DNA of 64,000 nt from Thermoproteota archaeon (GTDB taxonomy: Archaea; Korarchaeota; Korarchaeia; Korarchaeales; JAOZGB01): the NCBI GenBank assembly GCA_037917685.1, contig JAVCBU010000003.1, positions 225,309 through 289,308 of the forward strand, given 5' to 3'. Positions 28,189 to 39,011 of the stretch are shown piece by piece (position 1 is the stretch's first letter; each line of letters begins with the position of its first letter). The notes beneath the pieces were generated by a model, which had not been told where the DNA came from, ran no database searches, and saw only the letters and a list, made by a program, of their open reading frames with translations. Made by a program: the position numbers and the translations under genes.

Positions 28189-29844
28189 CTATAGCTTTAT
28201 TCTGAGAGTCTTCTCTCTTATGAGGGTTGGTGGTAGCAATCCCCCTAGGAGTATGGCTGAGTAGGATAGGAGGAAAGTTGATATGGATGCTATCCCCATG
28301 GATTGGAGGAGCAGGGAGGCTACACTGGCTATATAGGAGAAGGCCAATGTTAAGAGTACTGTTTTGAAGGCGTTGCTTGTTTTCAGGCCTAGAATGGCCA
28401 GTAGGGTTAGTGTTGGCGCAAGGTAGATGATACCGAGCAGTATGCTCTCTAGGCTTCCGGCTATTAGTATGGCTACCTCGGGGTTTACAGCTGTAAGCCC
28501 CTTGAAAATCTTTTCCGTGGCTGTTAGGCTGTAGATTAAAGGTTGTAGCGAGTAGTAGCTGTAGGCGTGAAGTGCCGGGCTTTCCGCGATTAATGATGCT
28601 ACACGTGGGCTCCATGTGTAGTAGAACTTGTTAAACGAGTTTAGGAAGCTGGATCCTAGGAAGGTTTTCATAACGCGTTCGTCTCTAAACCTTCTGAGCA
28701 GCTGAACCTCTCTTGAGAGTTCGCTACCATAGGTTACAGTAGCTATAATACATCTTTCCTCTTTTTTAACTTGTACTGACACGGCTGCCGCCCTATGTAT
28801 TTCCCCGCTTACACCCTTAACTGTTATCCTGTATACGCCGGGGTTTTCTCCAGCCCTTATGGTTAGAACGGTGCTTCCAGGCGGGGTTATACTGTACGTG
28901 GCTAGGCTTGCCGTAAAGTCCTGTGGGACGCCAGATAGGGACAGGCTTATAGTTTCAGGGCTTCCCGATAAGAGTGTAACAAGAACCTGGATGGCTACTT
29001 CCTCACCGGGGCTAACCGTGACCGTTTCAGGCTGGACTGTGATTTCAAAGTCAAACATTGGCGTTTGGGTTTCCGTTGGAGGCACCGTGGTGGAGGGTGG
29101 CGGTGTAGTGGTTGGTGTTATGTTCGGACTAACATATACCGATACCATCGAGCTGTCAATTATAGTACTGCCAACATACAGGTTTACAGTAATATTTATA
29201 ACGCCCCACGTGAGAGGTTTGATGCTAAACTCCACGGGGTAAGTTTCGCTTGGTGGTATCATAATTGACCGCTGAACCGGGGAAACCTGGATCTCGGTGC
29301 AGACCGGGACAACCCTAAACTCGGAGGTTTTACTCATGGAGTTAAACACGTAGACAACCATCTGGTAGGTTTGCCCTTCAACCATGTCCTCGGGAACTAT
29401 AACAGATGATATAGGCCCGCCCTGGAAGGGTACCGTTGAAGGTGGAGGGGTTTCACCGCCGCAAGAGGTGCAGTTAAGCTGCCGGGAAACGGAGTCCACC
29501 AGGATGCTTCCATAATATACCTTAACAGTCATAACATGTAGGCCGGGCACCCTGCAGACGGCGACGAACTGGTAGGTTCCCGAACCCCGGCCTGGCAGGG
29601 TGAGATCTCCAATATAGGAGAATTCTCCCCCCTCCTCGCCATAGTAGATGCTTACTGTGACATCCTTGTGCTCGAAATTCTTGAGTTCAACCATCACATT
29701 GTAAAGGCTCCCCATGCAAACCTCAGCCGGGATACTTACACCTATAATCCTAACATCCGGAGGCTCAACGGCGGAGAGTAAAGCCACGGCTAAAGTTCCA
29801 GCCACATAAACAATGATAAAAACAACCACCAGGTTCAGTCTCAA
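28189..29844 (-). CDS. Surface protein: Ig-like domains, P/T linker, CFI-box-CTERM domain and TM tail
   Basis: N-terminal TM, beta-rich repeats, TPTTTPPPSTT linker and RCIIATVTYGSELS.EV..LRRFRD. Confidence 0.8.
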   Translation of the reverse strand: MRLNLVVVFIIVYVAGTLAVALLSAVEPPDVRIIGVSIPAEVCMGSLYNVMVELKNFEHKDVTVSIYYGEEGGEFSYIGDLTLPGRGSGTYQFVAVCRVPGLHVMTVKVYYGSILVDSVSRQLNCTSCGGETPPPSTVPFQGGPISSVIVPEDMVEGQTYQMVVYVFNSMSKTSEFRVVPVCTEIQVSPVQRSIMIPPSETYPVEFSIKPLTWGVINITVNLYVGSTIIDSSMVSVYVSPNITPTTTPPPSTTVPPTETQTPMFDFEITVQPETVTVSPGEEVAIQVLVTLLSGSPETISLSLSGVPQDFTASLATYSITPPGSTVLTIRAGENPGVYRITVKGVSGEIHRAAAVSVQVKKEERCIIATVTYGSELSREVQLLRRFRDERVMKTFLGSSFLNSFNKFYYTWSPRVASLIAESPALHAYSYYSLQPLIYSLTATEKIFKGLTAVNPEVAILIAGSLESILLGIIYLAPTLTLLAILGLKTSNAFKTVLLTLAFSYIASVASLLLQSMGIASISTFLLSYSAILLGGLLPPTLIREKTLRIKL

Positions 29845-29934
29845 TTTTAACCCACATCAAACTAGAGAGACACTATTTTAAAGTTAAACCCGCAACACCC
29901 TTAACTACATACTAAAGCTTTCAGGGCACGAGCT

Positions 29935-30858
29935 ATGAGTGTGGACTTAAACCTTAAAGTGTCAATCAACAGGGAGAATGTGAAGAAAATCTCAACATTA
30001 ATATCGAGAAGCAGGATTTACACACCTAAATACGATCTTGAAATCTTCCCTCCGAGGACCGACCCCGCCGAACGACAGTTGGCATTCTTCACCGCTATGG
30101 TTGCAATCGATCACAGAACAAGCGCCGTATACCCCTTTGAAGCGTGGATCAACGGGAAAAAGTATAAGGGGTCAGACCTACTATTCAAGCTTGGCGTGGA
30201 AGTATACCGGCGCGAACCAGATTTCTACACGCCGGAAAACCTATCAGAACTCGGCCAGTCTAAGGCTCTCAAACTACTATCGTACCGTGGCATGGTGATA
30301 TGGGACCTTCATGTTAGAACCCTGCTACTGCGGGATCTTGGAAGGAAAATCATGTATAAGTACGGGTCTTACACCGAGCTGTTAGACGTCGATACCGTAA
30401 AGGGTCTTCTGAAAAGGCTTTCATGGTTCATAGCGTATGAAGACCCCGTGGCTAAAAAGAGCTTCCTGCTAGCAAAATTCCTCCATAAGCGTGGCCTTAC
30501 AGCCTTCAAGGATGAGGAGAACTTCCATGTCCCAGTGGATAACCACCTTACAAGGATAGCCTTCAGGCTTGGAATAGTGGAGCTAGACGACTACACGGTC
30601 ATAGACAGGGGGATAGAGCTGAATCGTTCCCAGGATCTTACAATAAGGATGAAGGTTAGAAATGCGTGGAAACTTGTTTCGGAATCCTCCAGGGTAGACC
30701 CTTTCACCCTAGACGACTTTCTCTGGATGCACGGGAGAACAGTATGCCTTCCAGGATCCCCAAGATGCCAGGATTGTATTCTGAAGGCTGCATGCAGGTC
30801 CCTTGAAATCGGCTACTTCCCCGGCGAGCATAAGCACAGTCTAACATGGTACTACTAG
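29935..30858 (+). CDS. HhH-GPD-like protein with C-terminal 4Fe-4S cluster loop
   Basis: DPVAKKS.LL, VPVDNHLTRIAFRLG, LDDFLW..GR and C-X6-C-X2-C-X5-C. Confidence 0.7.
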   Translation: MSVDLNLKVSINRENVKKISTLISRSRIYTPKYDLEIFPPRTDPAERQLAFFTAMVAIDHRTSAVYPFEAWINGKKYKGSDLLFKLGVEVYRREPDFYTPENLSELGQSKALKLLSYRGMVIWDLHVRTLLLRDLGRKIMYKYGSYTELLDVDTVKGLLKRLSWFIAYEDPVAKKSFLLAKFLHKRGLTAFKDEENFHVPVDNHLTRIAFRLGIVELDDYTVIDRGIELNRSQDLTIRMKVRNAWKLVSESSRVDPFTLDDFLWMHGRTVCLPGSPRCQDCILKAACRSLEIGYFPGEHKHSLTWYY

Positions 30859-30902
30859 AGGTCCAGCGACAGTATAGAAGAGGGAGGGTATAAGTATTTC
30901 TT

Positions 30903-32063
30903 TTATGGTGTGCGGTAGGGCTGAGGTATCAGTCTTTCGTCTGGCGCGTAGCCTGTGGCGAAGCCCCAGTAGTACTCGTCCATCAACGCTTCCTTCGCCA
31001 ACTTGTTCGTAAGATAGGCCAGCCAGAGCCCAGCAGGGACCAGCACGAGTAGGCCGAGTATTCCGAACATTGCTATTGTGTTCCAGGTTGCATGGATGAG
31101 CATGGAGTACAGCAAGGCTGGCACCATCCCGCTTATCTTCGTCTCTAGACCGTTAACCTTCAGGTAGCCTATCCACCAGCCTATAAGGCCTGTGCAAAAC
31201 ATGTGCATAGCTGCTGTTATCACCCTTATGAAGATTATTGCTACGGCGCTAGCTGCTAAGCCCCTTGCAACGTATAAGATGTTCTCCATTAGGCTGAAGC
31301 CCAGGCCGGCTGCTACGCCGTATATGAGGCCGTCCAGGTGGTCGTTTACCTCGCCGCCAAGCCAGCGACTCCTAGCTATAAGATAGACACCCAGGATTTT
31401 AAGGGGTTCTTCGACGAAGGCCGCTGATCCAGGCCAGCCGAGGAACAATGATGAAACTATCTGGTTTAGAATTATCGCTGGAAGGGAGGAGAATGCTCCC
31501 CATCCGAACGCTAGGGCTATAAGCCAGGTGGGCTCAGGCTCGTATCTGTCATTAGACCTGATCCAGTAAAGATAAACAGCTATCGGCACCAGCGACGCAA
31601 TGAAGGCCGGTATGAAAAGTGAGGCTACCCCCATCGCTGAAAGCATTACAAGGATCACGATAAGCCCGGCAACGAAGCCTAGAATAGCATATGCAAGATA
31701 CCTGCCAGATCTCGAGATAACGTAGGGGTTAAGCCTTTCATAGACAGCCCGAGAAGCCCTGTAAATAGGATTCCTCCTCTTAGTCGCCATAGTATGGATA
31801 AGCCTGACATTGCCTATGACAGTGGCTCTCAGAGTATAGCCTGGATCTATATACTGGCTACCAGACTGTATGGTCCGCCTATACGATGACAGAGGTCTAG
31901 CCTCAGTTCTGGCCCTGCAGTTTGGACAGTAGGTAGCGATAGACGGTATAATTCGGCCGCAGCTTGGACACTGCTTAGTCACTAGCGGCTGTCCACAGTA
32001 GGAGCAGTAAAGGCTCTCCGGCGGGTTCAACCGCTTGCAAAACGGACACTCCCTTGCTGACAA
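30903..32063 (-). CDS. PrsW-family intramembrane metalloprotease with N-terminal double zinc ribbon
   Basis: Four CxxC; DRYEPEP, FVEEPLK, GFSLMENILY, H..C and H..WN. Confidence 0.88.
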   Translation of the reverse strand: MSARECPFCKRLNPPESLYCSYCGQPLVTKQCPSCGRIIPSIATYCPNCRARTEARPLSSYRRTIQSGSQYIDPGYTLRATVIGNVRLIHTMATKRRNPIYRASRAVYERLNPYVISRSGRYLAYAILGFVAGLIVILVMLSAMGVASLFIPAFIASLVPIAVYLYWIRSNDRYEPEPTWLIALAFGWGAFSSLPAIILNQIVSSLFLGWPGSAAFVEEPLKILGVYLIARSRWLGGEVNDHLDGLIYGVAAGLGFSLMENILYVARGLAASAVAIIFIRVITAAMHMFCTGLIGWWIGYLKVNGLETKISGMVPALLYSMLIHATWNTIAMFGILGLLVLVPAGLWLAYLTNKLAKEALMDEYYWGFATGYAPDERLIPQPYRTP

Positions 32064-32149
32064 GTCTAATCTTCAACCCCCGTGGAAACATTAATTTATA
32101 AATGTTAGCCACCTGCATATGGGTAGGCACTATGCTAGGTGGCTGGCAT

Positions 32150-34780
32150 ATGAGGTTTAGGATAGGGTTTTTACTACTTTTAACCTTGGCTTCAATAGTG
32201 GTGTTAAGAGCTGGCTGGAGCTATTCAGTCTCAGGCCTCATGGACATAGGCCCAGGTGAGGCTGGTACCATATTTTGTAGTGTTGAGAAGCAGGCCGTCG
32301 AGGTTTACGGTAGGCCTAGCCCCCAGCTCCCAGATGTTGCCTTGGAAGCCATCGACAGATGCCCGGACTGGCTGAGGGAGAAGCTGAAGGAGACTTTCAG
32401 ACTGCTCATGTACGAGGATTTGAAGGTTAAAAGCTATTCTAGGGCTTCAGTTGGAGACTTGGATGGGGATGGCCTTCCAGACATTTTGGTAGGCTCTATA
32501 GAGGGAATCCTATACTGCTACCAGAATCTTGGGGTTTTAGGGTCTCCTCTATGGGTGAGCCGTGAAGCCTGGGTTAGAGGTGTAAGGGTGGAGAGCTTCA
32601 GCTCGCCCTGCCTTGTAGATCTAAACCACGATGGGCTCTTAGACCTGGCGGTCTGCTCAGGAAATGGAAACGTTAGATTCTGGTTCCATGTTGAAGGTGA
32701 GCAGCCTGGCTGGGTGGAGGCCAGCTGGATGTTCCAAGGTATAAGGGTTGCTGAGAAGTCGTCTATTGCCTTTATAGACCTGGATGGAGATGGACTTGAG
32801 GATATGATAGTAGGCACAGACAACGGGCTTAGATGCTACCTAAACACTGGGGACCCATCAATTCCAGCCTGGACACCTGCAAACTGGATAGTTTCCGGGT
32901 TAAACACGGGAAACTGGACCTACCCGTCTGCATGCAGAATAAATGGGAGGGTACACCTATTCGTAGGGCTGCAGGACGGGACTGTCAAGGTTTACAGGCT
33001 TAACATTGAGGGAGAAGCCCTCAGACATAAAGAGCTGCCCGGGGGTGGGATCTGGACTGATACAGGCATGCTTTACTGGGTTGATGTTGGCTACCATGCA
33101 GCTCCGTGTCCCGCGGACCTAGACGGAGACGGAAGGTTAGACCTCATACTCGGGTCTTCAGACGGCTACCTATACCTGCTTAAGGGATACGGAACCAGGG
33201 AAGAGCCGGTATTCCCCCACTGGGTCGAGTACACAGAGCTAAACTACTACCCCAGCATTGAAAGGCTGACCGTCGCCGGAAAACATAACAGGGCCTATGT
33301 AGAGGAATATGCCAGTCTCCTGCTTAGTGTCGAGGACAAGTACCTGGATGAAGTCGCATACTGCATCGCCAACGAGCAGCCTTCAAACCTAAAGATTCTA
33401 GCCGACAGAAACAGCACCCAGATATATAGGCGCATAGCAGAGTCAATATATAGGGTTGAGCCGAAGCTTGGATATGTGAAGCTTGTAGAGCTGCCCGGCA
33501 TGACAACTCTCGCCTTCAACAATGGAGATGGGTGGACAACCATACCTCCGGAGGTCTACTATCAAAGGCTAGTTATGCCCAACCGTTACATATTATTCCC
33601 GTGGAGGTGGCCTGGAGACTACGATGGGAACCTCCCATGGGAGTATCTCCCATGGGACGAGACCTACGGCGTATCACTCTACAGTAGGGTTAAGGACGCC
33701 AGAACACCTACCGAGGCGATGTGGAGGCTTGCGTGCTGGCTTAAAAACGATGTAAAAGCATACTATCATAGTGGTATACACGGTAAGCCCCCGGGCTGGT
33801 ACATGATTTATAATCACCTTACAGATAAGGACTACACAATCTACTGTGGAGAATTCTCAATAATAACAATGGTAGCAGGGAGATCTATATTGATCCCCGT
33901 TGCCAACACATTAAACCTTGGAGACGACCACCAGTGGGACGAGTTCTACAATGAAGAGGGAAGATGGGTTCACATAGACCTTTCAGCAACCCAGCCCGGA
34001 GACCTAGATGCGCTCAGAGACTACTTCGACAATCCAAGAGTCTACGAGGAGAAGTGGCATAGCCAGGTTTCAGCAGTAATGTGGCTTGAGCAGGCGGGGA
34101 GATACGACCATCTACAGCCTAGGACCAGGCAGATGGGCTACAGCCGGACAGCAACCCTGAAATTCCATGTTTCCGACGCGAGGGGGAGGCCTGTTGACGG
34201 GGCGAGGGTCGAAGCCTGGACCATGAGAGGAGCCCCAGCCCTCCTGAACTACACCGACGCCTACGGCTGGGCAAGCCTTGAACTTGGCGGAAAAGAGTAT
34301 GTTATAAGAATTGTAACCAGGCTCGGTATCAGAGAATACAGCCTAAACGTAGAGGAGGACGAAACCTACATTTTCAACGTTAGACTGGAGGGCGAGCTTC
34401 CAAGCACCATTGGAAGGCCAACGGCTAAGCACTATAGGCCAAGGGAGCCATGCTACACCATCAGCCTGAAGGCGCGGATAGTAGAGGCACGCCTGGAAAA
34501 CCCCCACTGGGGCAGGAGATTCGCGGAAAGGATGGGGTACAAGGACTACTGGATACTCCCCCAGGCAGACCTGGAAGTATACGTGCTTGACAGGCTGAAC
34601 TATGAGAGGTACATCTCAGGAGAGAGCTTCAAAACCTACTATGCCTTCACACTAACAGGAAAGCTGAGTGTAAAGCTAGTCTTCCCCAGAGACCTAGACG
34701 TTTACATAGTATTCTCAAATACAAGGCTGCAGGATACAACAGTAACCCTGGAGTACAGCGTAGAAGTCTCAGACGGGTAG
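32150..34780 (+). CDS. Secreted FG-GAP-repeat protein with transglutaminase-like domain
   Basis: Signal peptide; four DLD/NxDG..D repeats; YCGEF...DHQWDEF...WVHID Cys-His-Asp triad; V.D..G.PV.GA.V domain. Confidence 0.8.
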   Translation: MRFRIGFLLLLTLASIVVLRAGWSYSVSGLMDIGPGEAGTIFCSVEKQAVEVYGRPSPQLPDVALEAIDRCPDWLREKLKETFRLLMYEDLKVKSYSRASVGDLDGDGLPDILVGSIEGILYCYQNLGVLGSPLWVSREAWVRGVRVESFSSPCLVDLNHDGLLDLAVCSGNGNVRFWFHVEGEQPGWVEASWMFQGIRVAEKSSIAFIDLDGDGLEDMIVGTDNGLRCYLNTGDPSIPAWTPANWIVSGLNTGNWTYPSACRINGRVHLFVGLQDGTVKVYRLNIEGEALRHKELPGGGIWTDTGMLYWVDVGYHAAPCPADLDGDGRLDLILGSSDGYLYLLKGYGTREEPVFPHWVEYTELNYYPSIERLTVAGKHNRAYVEEYASLLLSVEDKYLDEVAYCIANEQPSNLKILADRNSTQIYRRIAESIYRVEPKLGYVKLVELPGMTTLAFNNGDGWTTIPPEVYYQRLVMPNRYILFPWRWPGDYDGNLPWEYLPWDETYGVSLYSRVKDARTPTEAMWRLACWLKNDVKAYYHSGIHGKPPGWYMIYNHLTDKDYTIYCGEFSIITMVAGRSILIPVANTLNLGDDHQWDEFYNEEGRWVHIDLSATQPGDLDALRDYFDNPRVYEEKWHSQVSAVMWLEQAGRYDHLQPRTRQMGYSRTATLKFHVSDARGRPVDGARVEAWTMRGAPALLNYTDAYGWASLELGGKEYVIRIVTRLGIREYSLNVEEDETYIFNVRLEGELPSTIGRPTAKHYRPREPCYTISLKARIVEARLENPHWGRRFAERMGYKDYWILPQADLEVYVLDRLNYERYISGESFKTYYAFTLTGKLSVKLVFPRDLDVYIVFSNTRLQDTTVTLEYSVEVSDG

Positions 34781-35572
34781 ACTGGCCTAAGGCCTCTCCC
34801 ACACCTTGCAGCATCGGTGCCTCCAAGCAAGCAGGCTCCCAGGCTCAAGAGACAGCCATCCATAGTTCCTAACTATTAGAGTAACAGTAACATTGAAAAA
34901 GCCACTCATAAACTCCTCTATCCTGTTATAAGAGCTACTCCAGGACTGGCCAGGCTGAAGTTCTACGATGGTGCCGTTAACTCTAACCCTGACGCCGACA
35001 ATGGAGACGACTACTTAACCATGGATGTTGGGACATGATGGTTGGAGAAGTAATAACACTATACTTTAAAATGTAAGGGTGAGATCTACGCGATTTACAA
35101 GCTCGAGTTTGTAACTGGCGAGCTTGCAGATGTCTGCGAGGGGAAAACCAAGAAGATAGAAAAGTTCATAAATAAAGCTAGCAGCTGCTCTGATGAAATA
35201 ACTATTACTTACGACCTGCTCTTGAGAGATAACGATGGGGGAGACATAGAGACATACTCAATGTTGTGCTACCCATCACACTTGACGCTCTACGAAATAA
35301 AGGCGTAGACACCACTGGTCCAAATTTATCTCAATCATCAGGGGAAGAAGTGGATAATGAATATCTGAATAATGTTTCTAACCTCCAGTAAACATTAAGT
35401 TAACATAATTGTATACATAGAAAATTGGGTGATTCTGGCTTTGCGAATAAAAGAATAGATCGAGCTATCCGGATGGCCTTTGATTCAGGGATAAATGCTA
35501 GCAGGGGGCGCCCGGAAGGCTGGACGGCATAAACTTATATATAAGTTCTTTAACTCTTATTAATGAGTAGAA

Positions 35573-35737
35573 ATGCCTGTGATTAAAGGAAAATTTAAGG
35601 AGGCTCTTATATCAACAAGAGTTACAGCAAAGATTGGAGACCTAGTGCAAATGCTAGCCGACGAGGAAGGACTAACAACATCAGAATGGATGAGAAACCT
35701 CATAATAAAGGAGCTAAAAGAGAGAGGACTACTCTAG
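35573..35737 (+). CDS. 54-aa ribbon-helix-helix (CopG-like) DNA-binding protein, below the ORF-track cutoff
   Basis: Hand translation MPVIKGKFKEALISTRVTAKIGDLVQMLADEEGLTTSEWMRNLIIKELKERGLL; TATA palindrome ~26 nt upstream. Confidence 0.7.
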   Translation: MPVIKGKFKEALISTRVTAKIGDLVQMLADEEGLTTSEWMRNLIIKELKERGLL

Positions 35738-36108
35738 ACACATAGCTGTCCATTCAAACCTGAACATCAGACCTGATAAATGGGAGACACTTTCTTTAAG
35801 CCTCTAAAACTGAACTGTGATATATAACAGTTTCGTTAAGTTCGATGCTCAGTCTAAACCAGGGGCTAAATTGAGCCGCTCAAATCAAACATCCTTAGTT
35901 TAGGATGATTTAAGATCTCCATAATCTTCTTAGGATCGTTCTTCGTAGAGTACACCTAAGCTTTCTTGACTACAGCCCTAGTGTAGAAACGTTCTGCTTC
36001 CCCGTAAAGCTTGCATATAGTGCGCGCGCAAATCCAGGTGTAGAAGTAACCCTGGTAGAAGAAATCTGTACGGGATTCGGGGTAAACATATAATAATCGC
36101 ATGGTGAT

Positions 36109-37143
36109 ATGGTAAGCGTGGTAACTGAGTTACCTACCCTTTGTAGGCCAACGGTTTGGTTTCAGAACGGGCAGGTTGTAATGCTTGACAGAAGGAAGCT
36201 TCCTCATAGCAAAGTGTACGTGAAACTCCGATCCCCAGAAGAGGTTGCAACGGCAATAGAAAGGATGGTAATACAAGGCGCTGGGTCAATAGCCATAGCG
36301 GCTGGCTACGGCATCTTACTTGCAATATATAGGAATAGGGGGAAGCGTTCAAGCCAGGTATTAGAGGCAGCTAAGAGGGCTGCAGGAAGAATGCTCAGGA
36401 CGAGGCCGACAGGACAGGAGCTAGCCCAGGTTACAGCGGAGGTTGTTGAAGCTGTCAGGCAGGCCATCAACGAGAACAAGGATCCCTACACTAAAGCATA
36501 TAACAGGCTGAGGGAAGTAGAGAATGAATTTAGGAGAATAGCATATCTATGCGGCAGGAAAGCTTCAACCCTCCTTCAGGACGGTGACACAATTCTAACA
36601 CATTGTTTTCCAGGCTGTGCTCTCTACTACATGCTTAACGAGGCTAAGAAACAGGGGAAAAAGATAAGCGTGTATGCGACGGAGACAAGACCCTACCTAC
36701 AGGGGGCGAGACTAACATGCCTAACCCTGGTGGAGGCTGGATACACCCCCACCCTAATCACAGATAACATGGTAGGCTACCTTATGTGGAAAGGCCTAGT
36801 TGATAAGGTGTTCCTTGCAGCTGATAGAATAGCCATGGATGGTTCGATAGCAAACAAGATTGGAACCTATAGCATAGCGGTGCTAGCAGCAAGACATAAG
36901 GTACCATTCTACGTCCTGGGCTACGAGGGGCCAGACCCCAACACTAATACCTGGGAGGACATGGAGATAGAGGAGAGAAACCCTCAGGAAGTACTATACT
37001 GCATGAAAGCAAGGACAGCCCCCGAAGGCGTTCAGGCATACTATCCAGCGTTCGACATAACACCGCCAGAGCTCATAACAGCGATAATAACCCATAAGGG
37101 AATATACCCCCCATGTGAGATAGCTAAAACAGTAGAGGTTTGA
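36109..37143 (+). CDS. mtnA: S-methyl-5-thioribose-1-phosphate isomerase / eIF2B-alpha family
   Basis: LDRRKLP, M.IQGA..IA.AA.YG, TRPT, ILTHC, ETRPYLQGARLT, ANKIGTY and PAFDITP. Confidence 0.88.
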   Translation: MVSVVTELPTLCRPTVWFQNGQVVMLDRRKLPHSKVYVKLRSPEEVATAIERMVIQGAGSIAIAAGYGILLAIYRNRGKRSSQVLEAAKRAAGRMLRTRPTGQELAQVTAEVVEAVRQAINENKDPYTKAYNRLREVENEFRRIAYLCGRKASTLLQDGDTILTHCFPGCALYYMLNEAKKQGKKISVYATETRPYLQGARLTCLTLVEAGYTPTLITDNMVGYLMWKGLVDKVFLAADRIAMDGSIANKIGTYSIAVLAARHKVPFYVLGYEGPDPNTNTWEDMEIEERNPQEVLYCMKARTAPEGVQAYYPAFDITPPELITAIITHKGIYPPCEIAKTVEV

Positions 37144-37445
37144 TACAGCGGGTAAACAAGCAGCCGCCAGGCGCGCGCCCTAAACCTTAGACCTTTCTTC
37201 ACAGAGCTTTAAATCCTACTTGGAAAGCTGGAGAAACTTAGCGCTACTTTCAACAATCCGAGAATGCCCATCATAGAAAGCCATGCGGCCCACCAACCAC
37301 ATTCAAAAATACAGATCCGGAAGAGGAGAGATGAGCGTTCAAAGCATGGTAGGGCAAGGCGTACCCCCTACAATGTCTAACCTTCCACCCCTAAACGTTC
37401 CACACAGCTATGGCTGAGGAGGGCTGACAAGCCGTGGCTACAACT

Positions 37446-38177
37446 CTAATTCCTCAGGCAGAGCCTAGCCACCTCTCTCAGCCTTCCGCCGTAATCCACG
37501 TTGCCATACGGAACGTAGCTTTCAAGCTCAACCCAGGCATCCGGGTTTACACGTTTAACAATCTCCTTCACCCTTCGCAACGATTCAAAGGTTGTCAACT
37601 CAACCATTATAGCAGCGCTGCAGCTGATACCGGCCTTGTAAAGGTTCTCCAAAGCCTTAATCTGCAGGCTGAAACCTCTGCATCCAGTCACCTCCCTAAA
37701 TTCTGCCTCGCAGGCACCCTTCAAGCTAACCCGCACGTGGAGAAACTCACGGAAACTTCTAAGCATGCCTACAGTCCTGGAGTCGAGCAGAGTTCCGTTG
37801 GTCTCGAGAACAAAAACTCTACCATCCATGCCGGCCTCCAGACGTTTAAGAACCTCGAAAAGATGCCTCCTACAAAGCAAAGGCTCATTCCCACTAACCC
37901 TTACAATCCTAAAACCATGCCTGTCGGCGATGCTTAGAAGCCGGCTGGCAACCTCTTCAGGGCTGAAGAATCCAAGATAGCCGAGCCAAGGCCTGTCTCT
38001 CACCCTACCGCTCCAGCAGTAGAAACACTCAAGGTTGCAGCCCACGCAGTCAGCTGTGGCAGAGCCGCCGTAGAAGCGGGTGGCCCTAAAACGGTAGTAC
38101 TTCCTATAAACACCCCTACAGGCAAACCTTGAAACCTGACGCGCCCTCCCCAAAGGGTCGAGAAGCCTTCCCACCAT
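37446..38177 (-). CDS. Radical SAM protein
   Basis: RF....FYGG.ATAD.VGCNLECFYCW, R.SGNEP, LETNG and VRVSLKG. Start placed at ATG 38177. Confidence 0.85.
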   Translation of the reverse strand: MVGRLLDPLGRARQVSRFACRGVYRKYYRFRATRFYGGSATADCVGCNLECFYCWSGRVRDRPWLGYLGFFSPEEVASRLLSIADRHGFRIVRVSGNEPLLCRRHLFEVLKRLEAGMDGRVFVLETNGTLLDSRTVGMLRSFREFLHVRVSLKGACEAEFREVTGCRGFSLQIKALENLYKAGISCSAAIMVELTTFESLRRVKEIVKRVNPDAWVELESYVPYGNVDYGGRLREVARLCLRN

Positions 38178-38435
38178 CAACCATAAACCCATACTACTAT
38201 CTAAAACTTCACAGCCACATCCATAACCCTGGCAAATAGGCACACCTACAGTGGGACGACGCCACATCTGGTGAGAATCCAGGCGTAAAGCCCATAACCA
38301 CGCGAACATGCCAACACGCCTAAATATATCCAATTAACCCATTAAAGTTCGATGATCGGACATGCCTGCGTAAATTTTCCATTTCTCCATGGGTTTTAAC
38401 GAACCTTTAAATTCCCCCGTGGGAAATAGAATCTG

Positions 38436-39011
38436 ATGGGTGGAGAGATCAAAATTGAATCGACAAGGTTCATACCTCTAACCAGAATCCTCGGTTTCAT
38501 AAGGAGTTCAAAGGTAAGCGGGATACTTAGTATTGAAGGGGGAGGCCATGAATCTAAAATCTATTTTATAAGTGGGTTACCCCTCTCCCATGTAGGGGAT
38601 GAAGATTTCACATTAAAGGTTCTAGAGAATAAGGTTGATGCTAAACTAATCTTTAATCAAAGAGAAACCGTGGAGATGTGTGCTCAGGTTAAAGCTTCTA
38701 TGGAAAATATAACAAGCGATGTAGACCTAAGCCTTGTGGACACGAGGAGGATGTTAGACCTCCTCAGAAGGGAGCCTGGCATACACCTTTTCATGGTGGA
38801 CGGGAACTTAATAGTGACGCTCAGAGACACCATCCTGCTCTGCTCCATAGGTGGAGAAGAGGTTAAAGTTAAAAACGTAGATAGAGCACTCAGAGGGATG
38901 ACTGGAAAACTAACAATCCTAAGAAGCAGAAACAAACTGGTATACAGAATTATCGCAGAAACCCTGAAGGAGAGGATGGGCCTACTCCCATTATTCAGGG
39001 TGGAGTTCTAA
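38436..39011 (+). CDS. Hypothetical protein (DUF4388/DUF2226-like)
   Basis: L......SG.L.I......KIYF..G pattern. Confidence 0.55.
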   Translation: MGGEIKIESTRFIPLTRILGFIRSSKVSGILSIEGGGHESKIYFISGLPLSHVGDEDFTLKVLENKVDAKLIFNQRETVEMCAQVKASMENITSDVDLSLVDTRRMLDLLRREPGIHLFMVDGNLIVTLRDTILLCSIGGEEVKVKNVDRALRGMTGKLTILRSRNKLVYRIIAETLKERMGLLPLFRVEF

